This document shows positions 17,598 to 24,986 of a stretch of 32,000 bases of DNA, piece by piece. The notes beneath the pieces were generated by a model that was not told the origin of the DNA, searched no databases, and saw only the letters and a program-made list of their open reading frames with translations. Origin of the DNA: Pseudobutyrivibrio ruminis. GTDB taxonomy: Bacteria; Bacillota; Clostridia; Lachnospirales; Lachnospiraceae. The number at the start of each line of letters is the position of its first letter. Positions within the stretch are counted from its first letter, which is position 1. The translations under genes were made by a program, and so were the position numbers. The stretch is taken from assembly GCA_015057305.1 (NCBI GenBank), contig SVES01000008.1:27361-59360 (forward strand), given 5' to 3'.

Positions 17598-17722
17598 GCG
17601 GATTAAACCCCTCCTTGATTGTTATTCCAAGGAAGAAGTGCCATTTAAAGATTTGCTTCGCAAATAGGCACTTCTGGATATCAAGGAATCCTCCCACAAG
17701 TGGGTCCCTCCTTGATATATCT
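17598..17722 (-). promoter_or_regulatory. structured 5' leader of the esterase operon with a duplicated SD-like 12-mer and anti-SD segments
   Basis: On the minus strand, ATCAAGGAGGGA (17716..17705) and the real SD ATCAAGGAGGGG (17619..17608) flank GGATTCCTTGATATCC (17691..17676), a GAAGTGCC/GGCACTTC hairpin and CTTCCTTG (17635..17628). Confidence 0.45.
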
Positions 17723-17751
17723 ATTATAGAATTTTTTTGCATAGATTTCTA
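17723..17751 (-). promoter_or_regulatory. sigma-A-type promoter for the esterase operon
   Basis: The minus strand reads TAGAAA (17751..46), a 17-nt spacer, then TATAAT (17728..23). Confidence 0.5.
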
Positions 17752-17773
17752 CAATTTCAACGTTTGTTCGGAA

Positions 17774-17812
17774 TTCACAGGATTTTCACATTTTGGTCAC
17801 ACTTTGGCACCA
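17774..17812 (+). promoter_or_regulatory. four phased hexamer boxes (11-bp period) in the divergent promoter region
   Basis: TTCACA 17774-79, TTCACA 17785-90, GTCACA 17796-801 and GCACCA 17807-12, each separated by 5 nt. An extended -10 (TGcTAGAAT, 17829..17837) lies downstream. Confidence 0.4.
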
Positions 17813-17882
17813 TTTAAAAATTAACAAATGCTAGAATTATTTTGTACGAAAAAAGCAGTGGTCTTTTTTAGGGGAGGCGCAC

Positions 17883-18080
17883 ATGGATATTGCTGAGATT
17901 TCTATGAACCTAAGTCAAAATAATCTAATGTCGGCAGTGGGGACTGCTATGTTAGGCAAGAGTTTAGATATCGTAGAAGGTCAAGCCAGTGCTTTGACAG
18001 CAAGCATGGATATGAATTCTCCATCACTTGAAAGCTTGGTTTATCCTACTTCAGGTACCATGATAGATATGCGCGTTTGA
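17883..18080 (+). CDS. YjfB-family small protein (putative motility protein)
   Basis: 65-aa ORF. MDIAEISMNLSQ...VGTAMLGKSLD...IDMRV follows the YjfB pattern. GGGGAGG RBS. Confidence 0.72.
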   Translation: MDIAEISMNLSQNNLMSAVGTAMLGKSLDIVEGQASALTASMDMNSPSLESLVYPTSGTMIDMRV

Positions 18081-18110
18081 GTTATAAATGTATTTGGTTT
18101 TTATATCAAG

Positions 18111-18206
18111 AAGGTTCCTTGTTACATTAACAAGCATATATATTCTCCGGTCAGCATGAAAAGCTTCCCTTGAGAATATATATAGCTTGTTAATTACAAG
18201 GAACCT
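18111..18206. repeat. hairpin-repeat family copy C (also serves as the yjfB-like terminator)
   Basis: The ~36-nt arms 18111..18146 and 18173..18206 are complementary apart from small bulges. 26-nt loop. Followed by T6 at 18208..18213. Confidence 0.8.
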
Positions 18207-18345
18207 CTTTTTTGTTATATTCGCTAACTTAATATATCATTTTTAAATTTTGCCAAGCAATTCACAAATATTATTTTTAATTTGCATTTTTTATTCACAT
18301 ATTTTCCATTGTTCCTTCATCAATAGATTGTATTATAATTACATC

Positions 18346-18426
18346 GCAAGACAGAAGCGATGAACCATTTTTTTCATAACATTATTCTCCCTTTTTAAAA
18401 AAGACGCCCCGCCGGCGTCTTTTTTA
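18346..18426 (+). ncRNA. candidate small RNA (~80 nt)
   Basis: TATAAT at 18334..39. 5' hairpin CATCGC-N9-GCGATG at 18342..62. Unpaired UUCUCCC at 18385..91. Strong terminator AGACGCC-CCGCC-GGCGTCT plus a T-run at 18402..18426. No credible plus-strand ORF. Confidence 0.3.
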
Positions 18427-18512
18427 TTTGCTAAAAAGTACTATTGGCATGAATGGTAACTCAAAGCATCTCCACTCTCGATTGTTCCACCAATATTTGC
18501 TATTATGTAATC

Positions 18513-19580
18513 ATGATTAACGCAAAAAATGAACTAATAATTAAAGAAATAAAAAAAGCTATAAACTCTGGAAAATATGAAGCTGGGGATAAAATCCCAT
18601 CAGAAAATCAGCTTGCAGCCAAATATTCTGTCAGCCGTCAAACTGTCCGTAAGGCTTTGGGGCGATTAATTGATGAAGGCTATATCTATTCTGTTCACGG
18701 CAGTGGAACCTTCGTAGCTGAACGCCACCTAAAAAAGAAAAGCAGCAAAAATATTGCTGTAGTTTCCACCTACATGTCAGATTATATTTTCCCAAGGGTT
18801 ATCCAGGGAATCAATCAGGTGCTTGACGAGAATAACTACAGTATTCTGCTAAAAACCACCAACAATTCTCGAAAGGGCGAGGCATGGTGCATGGAGGAGC
18901 TTTTGTCCAAAAACATAGACGGCATGATAATAGAACCAAGCCAAAGTGCCATCAGCTGTCAGCACCAGGTTCTTTACGACCAGATGGATGCTATGGGTAT
19001 CCCATACGTTTTCATACAAGGATGCTACGAGGCAATGATGGACAGACCATTTGTAATGCTTGATGATGTGGAAGGTGGAAAGCTAATCACCGAGCATCTG
19101 ATTAGTCTAGGACACAAAAATATCGCTGGCATTTTTAAGGCTGACGACACCCAGGGCATCCTTCGCCACAAGGGTTACATCAAAGCACTACAGGCTGCCG
19201 GCATAGCCTACAATCCTGATTTAGTTATCTGGTATCACACTAAGGATAAAACAATGAAGCCAATGGAAGGCTTAATTAGAATATTAGAAAGCGGCTTATC
19301 CTGTCATGCAGTGGTTTGCTACAATGACGAGATAGCCGCCGATGTTATAAAGGGTCTTCAAAATATTGGGCGAAGTGTGCCTCACGATATTTCCGTGACA
19401 GGCTTTGACAATTCCCTACTTGCCCACAGCAAAGGAATCACAACCATCGCGCATCCACAGGAGGAACTTGGCAAAAAAGCTGCTACCACCCTGCTAGGGT
19501 TGATTGACGGTAGCATATCACGCAAGGATGCTCACATCCTGCTAGAGCCAAAGCTAATAGAACGAAAAAGCTGTTTCTGA
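18513..19580 (+). CDS. GntR-family regulator with LacI/PBP1-type sugar-binding domain (AraR-type architecture)
   Basis: N-terminal GntR HTH (IPSENQLAAKYSVSRQTVRKAL) followed by a periplasmic-binding-protein-like domain. Start chosen at ATG 18513 (MINAKNE...) from family N-terminus length. No clear RBS for either candidate start. Confidence 0.8.
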   Translation: MINAKNELIIKEIKKAINSGKYEAGDKIPSENQLAAKYSVSRQTVRKALGRLIDEGYIYSVHGSGTFVAERHLKKKSSKNIAVVSTYMSDYIFPRVIQGINQVLDENNYSILLKTTNNSRKGEAWCMEELLSKNIDGMIIEPSQSAISCQHQVLYDQMDAMGIPYVFIQGCYEAMMDRPFVMLDDVEGGKLITEHLISLGHKNIAGIFKADDTQGILRHKGYIKALQAAGIAYNPDLVIWYHTKDKTMKPMEGLIRILESGLSCHAVVCYNDEIAADVIKGLQNIGRSVPHDISVTGFDNSLLAHSKGITTIAHPQEELGKKAATTLLGLIDGSISRKDAHILLEPKLIERKSCF

Positions 19581-19624
19581 AGCGTCTCTCAACCTCGCGC
19601 TTGCCTAGGTTGAGAAGCCGCTTC
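19579..19624. terminator. shared hairpin between convergent araR-like and dapL genes
   Basis: GAAGCG..TCTCAACCT-N11-AGGTTGAGA..CGCTTC. There is no strong T-run, and the hairpin overlaps both stop codons. Confidence 0.5.
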
Positions 19625-20838
19625 TATAATCCCTTGATACGCTGGATTGCTCTAGCGGTATTTTCTGCGGATCCGAAGGCTGTCAGGCGGAAGTAGCCTT
19701 CACCTGATGGTCCGAAGCCTGCTCCAGGTGTTCCAACAATCTGAACCTTGTCTAATAAGTAATCAAAGAAATCCCATGAAGTCATGTTGTCAGGAGTCTT
19801 AAGCCAGATGTATGGTGCGTTTACACCACCGTATACTTCAAAGCCGGCGTCCTTAAGGCCTGTATATATTGTCTTGGCGTTGTTCATGTAGTAGCCAACC
19901 TGCTCCTTAATCTGAGCCTGACCCTCAGCAGAATATACTGCCTCTCCAGCGCGCTGGACGATGTATGGAGCTCCGTTGAACTTGGTACCGTGGCGTCTAG
20001 CCCACATTCCGTGGAGAGATGCACCTCCAAATACCAAATCCTTAGGGACTACTGTGTAGCCCAAACGCATGCCGGTAAAGCCTGCGTTCTTAGAGAAAGA
20101 ATGAATCTCTATAGCACAGGTGCGGGCACCTGTACATTCATAAATAGAATGAGGTACATCAGCTTCAGAAATATAAGCCTCGTAAGCTGCATCAAATATA
20201 ATCAGGCAGCCATTTTTATTAGCATAATCAACCCACAATTGTAGCTGGCTCTTTGTAAGCGTTGTACCTGTAGGATTGTTTGGCAGGCATAAATATATTA
20301 CATCTGGAGTTTCCTTTGGGAACTCTGGGACGAATTTATTTTCTGCAGTTGTTGGCATGTAAATGATATCTGACCACTTCTGTGCCTTCTCATCGAAAGT
20401 TCCACATCTTCCAGCCATTACGTTTGAATCAACATAAACTGGATAAACCGGGTCACAAACAGCTATCTTTACGTCAGGTGCAAAAAGCTCCTGTATATCA
20501 GCTGAGTCTGATTTAGCACCGTCTGAAACAAAAATTTCGTCTGAGCTAATATCGCAACCACGAGCCTGATAATCATTTTTTGCAATTGTTTCACGCAAAA
20601 ATGGATATCCTAAATCAGGTGCATAACCATGGAATGTAGCTGCATTTCCCATCTCATCTACAGCATCATGAAGTGCCTTTATCATAGCTGGTGCTATTGG
20701 CTGAGTTACATCACCAATTCCAAGTCTGATAATATCTGCAGCTGGGTTTGCTTCCTGGTATGCTGCTACCTTTTTTGCAATTGTGGAAAAAAGATAGCTT
20801 CCTGGCAATTTCTGAAAGTTAGTGTTTACCTTGAACAT
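19624..20838 (-). CDS. dapL: LL-diaminopimelate aminotransferase
   Basis: 404-aa ORF with the typical DapL N-terminus (NxNFQKLPGSYLF...IRLGIGDVT) and a class I aminotransferase fold with an SFSKNAGFTG PLP-lysine region. AAGGAGG RBS. Confidence 0.9.
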   Translation of the reverse strand: MFKVNTNFQKLPGSYLFSTIAKKVAAYQEANPAADIIRLGIGDVTQPIAPAMIKALHDAVDEMGNAATFHGYAPDLGYPFLRETIAKNDYQARGCDISSDEIFVSDGAKSDSADIQELFAPDVKIAVCDPVYPVYVDSNVMAGRCGTFDEKAQKWSDIIYMPTTAENKFVPEFPKETPDVIYLCLPNNPTGTTLTKSQLQLWVDYANKNGCLIIFDAAYEAYISEADVPHSIYECTGARTCAIEIHSFSKNAGFTGMRLGYTVVPKDLVFGGASLHGMWARRHGTKFNGAPYIVQRAGEAVYSAEGQAQIKEQVGYYMNNAKTIYTGLKDAGFEVYGGVNAPYIWLKTPDNMTSWDFFDYLLDKVQIVGTPGAGFGPSGEGYFRLTAFGSAENTARAIQRIKGL

Positions 20839-20862
20839 ATTCGCCTCCTTGTTGTTAATTGA

Positions 20863-21651
20863 TTATCTAGAAACTATTCTTTTGACTATTCTTTCATAGG
20901 AAAGATTTCCGCCAAATAAATCTAAACATGAACCTACTGTAAAATCCATGTTGTTATCACTTAGATAGCTGATAAGCTCGATATCGCCATAATCCGATAC
21001 GCCACCAGCGTATGTGATAGGCACCCTCTTATAGCCTGCTAAAAAGCCCACCAAATCTCTATCTATACCTTTTTGTCGGCCCTCCACATCTGCTGCATGA
21101 ATCAAAAATTCATCGCAGTAGTGAGCCAATCTATCTAGAAAATTGTATGTGATTATTTCCTTTGAAACCTTTTGCCATCTGTCGGTGACTATGACATATT
21201 TGTCATCCACTCTGGTGCAGGATAAATCAAGGACAAGATGCTCTCTGCCAACTGCCTTTGAAATGCGTTTCAAGGCATCATAATCTACCCGACCATCGTT
21301 AAATACATAGGAGGTTACGATAACATGGCTTGCGCCGGCATCTATAAACTCCTTGGCGTTTTTGTCATCTACGCCACCGCCGTATTGCATTCCTCCCGGA
21401 AACGCTTTAAGTGCCTCAAGTGCCTGAGCCTTTGAGGCCTGGTACTCAGGTGTGTTCTTCATATTCAAATTAATGATATGTCCACCACGAAGATTATCAT
21501 TTCTGTAGATTTTCGCATAGTATGCGGCATCCTTGTCTGCTACAAAATTTTCAACAGGCTCCCCATTACTTTTGCCCAAATCTGAAAGAGTATCTCCGAC
21601 AATTTGTTTCACCTTTCCATTGTGAATATCTATGCAGGGTCTAAATCTCAT
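20863..21651 (-). CDS. His6-type (eukaryote-like) HisA-family ProFAR isomerase homolog
   Basis: Start moved to ATG 21651 (MRFRPCIDIHNGKVKQIVG) with GGAGGA upstream; the track start is a TTG extension. Strong resemblance to yeast His6, for example FLIHAADVEG. Confidence 0.85.
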   Translation of the reverse strand: MRFRPCIDIHNGKVKQIVGDTLSDLGKSNGEPVENFVADKDAAYYAKIYRNDNLRGGHIINLNMKNTPEYQASKAQALEALKAFPGGMQYGGGVDDKNAKEFIDAGASHVIVTSYVFNDGRVDYDALKRISKAVGREHLVLDLSCTRVDDKYVIVTDRWQKVSKEIITYNFLDRLAHYCDEFLIHAADVEGRQKGIDRDLVGFLAGYKRVPITYAGGVSDYGDIELISYLSDNNMDFTVGSCLDLFGGNLSYERIVKRIVSR

Positions 21652-21688
21652 TTCAGTTCCTCCAGCAATCAATTTCAATTTTGCAAAA

Positions 21689-22993
21689 TCAATCTAAAGT
21701 ATAATCGCAGCCCGAAATATTTTCAATTACACTTTGATAAAATTTTGAGGCGATTTTCATCAAATATTCGGTATCTTGTACACCTGCGGTCTCATATGGT
21801 GAATGCATAGCCAGCTGAGCCAGGCCGATATCAACGCCGTTGATTGACACATGGGCATTTGAAATATTTCCCAGTGTAGAACCTCCAGCCACATCTGAAC
21901 GATTGACAAAGGTCTGATATGGCACCTTGGCCTTTTTGCAAAGCTCTGTAAAAATGCCAAAAGCCAAGCCATCTGTCATGTATTTTTGGTTGGCGTTAAA
22001 TTTTATTACTACACCCTCATTCATATATACTTTGTTTGTAGGGTCACTCTTTTCAGGGTAGTTAGGGTGTAGAGCGTGGGCATTATCTGCTGATACCATA
22101 AATGAATTGGCAATGGCTGTAAGCATAGTGGAATTGTTACCACCCATAGCCTCATTTATGCGAGTAAGAGCATCATATAAAAATGTGGAATCAGCCCCCT
22201 GCTTTGTGCCACTTCCTACCTCTTCGTTATCGAATGTAACATGTATCTGTACAGCTGTGTCAGAATTTTCTGCAGCTAGAAGTCCCATCATTGAACTGTA
22301 AGAGCACTGCAAATCATCCAGACGTCTTATGGAAATAAATTCATCATTGGCGCCCCAAACCTTTCCTGGATCTCTGTTATATAAGAACAAATCACTGCCT
22401 ATTATTTCATCCTCTTTTACTGATAGTGCCTCAGCTACAAGCTTTTTCAGATTGAAATTCTCATCCATAGACACAAGAGGAAGCATATCCTTTTGGGCGT
22501 TGTATTTATATCCATCATTAGCCTCACGATTCATATGAATAGCAAGGGATGGAAGCATGCAAAGATCCTTGTCCAAATTAACAAGCTTGGTGGCAACTCC
22601 TGTTTTTGTTCTAACAATGGCGCGACCAGCAATAGATAAAGGTCTGTCAAACCATGGAGCCATAAGCATTCCACCGTACTTTTCTGTATTAAGCTTTACA
22701 TAATGGCCTTCCTTCATCTCTGGCATTTCCTTGATTCTAAAACTAGGTGAATCACTGTGGGAAGCCATAATCATAAAGCTTTTGTATTCCTTTTTAGGCA
22801 TTCTAAATGCCAATATTGAAGAACCATTTCTTGTAACAAAATAGTTTTTACCAAGCTCAAGTTCCCATTCCTTTGCCTCGCTAAGCTCCACAAAGCCTTC
22901 TTTTAAAAATTTCTGTTTCTCATTTTCTACAACATGAAATTGTGAAGGGCTATCCTCTATAAATTCAAATAATCCCTTAATTGTTTCTGTCAT
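21689..22993 (-). CDS. M18 family aminopeptidase
   Basis: 434-aa ORF with SHSDSPSFRIK and other M18 metal-site regions. Confidence 0.88.
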   Translation of the reverse strand: MTETIKGLFEFIEDSPSQFHVVENEKQKFLKEGFVELSEAKEWELELGKNYFVTRNGSSILAFRMPKKEYKSFMIMASHSDSPSFRIKEMPEMKEGHYVKLNTEKYGGMLMAPWFDRPLSIAGRAIVRTKTGVATKLVNLDKDLCMLPSLAIHMNREANDGYKYNAQKDMLPLVSMDENFNLKKLVAEALSVKEDEIIGSDLFLYNRDPGKVWGANDEFISIRRLDDLQCSYSSMMGLLAAENSDTAVQIHVTFDNEEVGSGTKQGADSTFLYDALTRINEAMGGNNSTMLTAIANSFMVSADNAHALHPNYPEKSDPTNKVYMNEGVVIKFNANQKYMTDGLAFGIFTELCKKAKVPYQTFVNRSDVAGGSTLGNISNAHVSINGVDIGLAQLAMHSPYETAGVQDTEYLMKIASKFYQSVIENISGCDYTLD

Positions 22994-23564
22994 TTTTCTT
23001 TCCTTCTTTCTTTATAGAATAACCAAATGTGCCTTTTTCTCCAGTGAGACCAAAATAAGTCCCGTGGGAATATGCCAAAGGCTTTGCTGCCTCCAGCTCA
23101 AACTTTCCCTTTTCATTCATGTATTTTTCATCTGCATGAACGCAAAGCACATCTGCTACAAACATTGTATGGCTGCCATATTCGTGAGCTTCTCGAACCC
23201 TACATTCAATATTCACCGGGGATTCTGCAATCATGGCAACATTCACCTCGTCCCCTTCCTCCTTGTGAAGGTGACATTTGGAAAATTTGTCCACATCTCT
23301 ACCACTTTGAACACCACAAAAATCTGTTGCAAATGCCAAATCCTCGGTAGTCAAATTGATTACAAATTCTCCTGTTTCTTGAATCATTTTGTATGAGTAT
23401 CTACTAGGCCTTACGGAAATGTAAGCCATAGGCGGATTGGTACAGACAGTACCTGTCCATGCAACAGTAAATACATTGTCATTGCCTGCCTTGTCACGAC
23501 ATGTAACAAGAACTGCCGGCAAGGGATAAATCATATTTCCTGGTTTCCATTTTTGCTTGCCCAT
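22977..23564 (-). CDS. flavin reductase-like FMN-binding protein
   Basis: Start moved to ATG 23564 (MGKQKWKPG) with AAGGAG upstream. Motifs PLPAVLVTC...TVAWTG...ISVRPSRYSY. The 3' end overlaps the aminopeptidase start by 17 nt. Confidence 0.85.
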   Translation of the reverse strand: MGKQKWKPGNMIYPLPAVLVTCRDKAGNDNVFTVAWTGTVCTNPPMAYISVRPSRYSYKMIQETGEFVINLTTEDLAFATDFCGVQSGRDVDKFSKCHLHKEEGDEVNVAMIAESPVNIECRVREAHEYGSHTMFVADVLCVHADEKYMNEKGKFELEAAKPLAYSHGTYFGLTGEKGTFGYSIKKEGKKNDRNN

Positions 23565-23613
23565 TGTAGCCTCCTTAACATCGCTGCCTTCTACTATACC
23601 CCAAAAAACAGGC

Positions 23614-23646
23614 AATGAAAAGGGGATTGCATTTGCAATCCCCAGT
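23614..23646 (-). terminator. terminator after the 52-aa ORF
   Basis: GGGGATTGCA/TGCAATCCCC at 23622..23643, followed on the minus strand by TTTTCATT. Confidence 0.65.
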
Positions 23647-23650
23647 AAAA

Positions 23651-23809
23651 TTAATATTTAAAAACAGGTTTTCTGGTGGTGAAATCTATAACCTTGGTTC
23701 TTTCTTCCCACTCCTTCTTAAAATCCTCTTTTTTCTTTTCAAGTTCCCTTTTCATTTCTTCTGTTAGAGAATTTCCTCTATACATTGCACAATATCCATA
23801 ACCCAGCAT
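23651..23809 (-). CDS. unannotated small ORF, 52 aa (MLGYGYCAMYRGNSLTEEMKRELEKKKEDFKKEWEERTKVIDFTTRKPVFKY)
   Basis: Below the ORF-track size cutoff. GAGGAGGGG lies 5 nt upstream of ATG 23809. Stop TAA at 23653..23651, immediately followed by a terminator. Confidence 0.55.
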   Translation of the reverse strand: MLGYGYCAMYRGNSLTEEMKRELEKKKEDFKKEWEERTKVIDFTTRKPVFKY

Positions 23810-23915
23810 ATTAACCCCTCCTCAATCAGATAAAATAAGAGGTAGCACCGCTTAATAATTGGCACCTCTGATTAATACATATTGTAACAAATGTATATTG
23901 ACATTGTGTGAATTT

Positions 23916-24806
23916 TCAGTTAATAATTCCTTTTTCCTCCATCATTTCAGAAAATGTACCCATATAAACATTATCCTTTCCCAGAATAAATTTAAGGTCA
24001 TCCAGAAATGCTTTGGTTTTTGGGTTGTTTTCAAAGCCCCTGGAAATTATTTCCTCCAGGAATCTCTCACCAACCTGAGAATCAATAATAAACTCTCTGT
24101 CCTCATCAAAATCATCAAAGCTGCGATTTTTTACATATTCTCCTCTGAACCGCTTGTATTCTGCGGCTTTCATCCCATCATAAACCATCTTGTCCTGTTC
24201 TATGATGCGGATGCAATTAAGCATATCCTCTGCATCAGAAAGAGCATTATGCTCAACAATTCCACCAAGTCCGCAAATGGTTTTCATATCCGCAAGTGAC
24301 AAATTAGCATCCAGTCCGCCAGTTACATCAAGGCTGACTTCTTTTTGAATATTTTCAATTGTGCTGATAAACTTACCAACACTGCGTTTTAGTGGCTTAT
24401 CAAGATTTCTTGATTCAAAGTCCCTTTGGAAGCTATTTTTGTCACCGCCCCAAACACAAATCTTGCCTACCTGATATTTCTTGATAAGGGCAATGAGTTC
24501 AGTCATAACATCTTCGTACTCAGGGGCAAACTCCAAATCATCATTTGTAAGTCCAGTAAGCTCCGTGATTAAAGGGGTAAGCTTATGGCCTGGGCGAAGT
24601 CTGACGGTGGAATAATATCTATCCAGCTCCTGATGGGCAGGGTTTGTAATAATCATTCCTACCGATATAACGTCCTCAATGGAGCCCTTTCTGTATCTGG
24701 CGCTGAGATATTCAGCATCTAAAAAAGCCTGATTTTTACCTTTATATCCAGCGGGAGCAGTCTGACTAGGCCCTCTTGTTTTCTTTGTATTATTTGCTAT
24801 TGCCAA
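23916..24806 (-). CDS. DEDDh (DnaQ/KapD-like) 3'-5' exonuclease with a ~90-aa C-terminal extension
   Basis: Exo I FLDAEY, the I..LTGLT segment, Exo II WGGDKNSF and Exo III HNALSDAED. TTG start at 24806 with GGAGA 7 nt upstream. There is no in-frame ATG before Exo I. Confidence 0.78.
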   Translation of the reverse strand: MAIANNTKKTRGPSQTAPAGYKGKNQAFLDAEYLSARYRKGSIEDVISVGMIITNPAHQELDRYYSTVRLRPGHKLTPLITELTGLTNDDLEFAPEYEDVMTELIALIKKYQVGKICVWGGDKNSFQRDFESRNLDKPLKRSVGKFISTIENIQKEVSLDVTGGLDANLSLADMKTICGLGGIVEHNALSDAEDMLNCIRIIEQDKMVYDGMKAAEYKRFRGEYVKNRSFDDFDEDREFIIDSQVGERFLEEIISRGFENNPKTKAFLDDLKFILGKDNVYMGTFSEMMEEKGIIN

Positions 24807-24986
24807 AATATTTCTCCGTAATATAATAAAATTAAAGATAGTGTTAATGTCATATCTATTTAAAGTTTAACATTTTTTTCTAGGCTCAACAACATTAATA
24901 GATGTTATATAAAAGGACATATTTTTATCACTTTTGTGTATTATAATGTTTCTAATGGCGAATTTATCACCAGAAAGGAGGATTTT

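Noticed and set aside
17598-17722. c-di-GMP riboswitch (GEMM-I/II) in the leader of the operon that ends in the EAL-GGDEF gene
   Set aside because: I could not find the conserved GEMM features (paired hairpins with a GNRA tetraloop/receptor, ACGCA/GGCAAA-type cores). The leader is kept only as an unclassified candidate switch.
17800-17820. Sigma-54 promoter (TGGCAC) upstream of the yjfB-like gene
   Set aside because: TGGCAC is present, but the -12 TTGC element at the required spacing is missing.
17838-17855. AraR-type operator (ATTTGTACGTACAAAT-like) near the yjfB-like RBS
   Set aside because: Only the left half (TTTGTACG) matches. The right half is an A-run.
18111-18206. Hairpin family as integron attC sites
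   Set aside because: The arms do not fit RYYYAAC/GTTRRRY core sites. There is no integrase in the window, and copies are scattered among housekeeping genes rather than forming a cassette array.
18339-18377. 12-aa minus-strand micro-ORF MKKMVHRFCLAM with an AGGGAGA RBS
   Set aside because: Nothing lies downstream on that strand to regulate, and it sits immediately after a terminator hairpin. The plus-strand sRNA/leader reading explains the same sequence, with the RBS look-alike being the complement of the UUCUCCC motif.
21652-21678. TTG-initiated extension of the HisA-like ORF, and likewise 23565..23615 for the flavin reductase
   Set aside because: In both cases an internal ATG has a canonical GGAGG/AAGGAG RBS and matches the usual family N-terminus.
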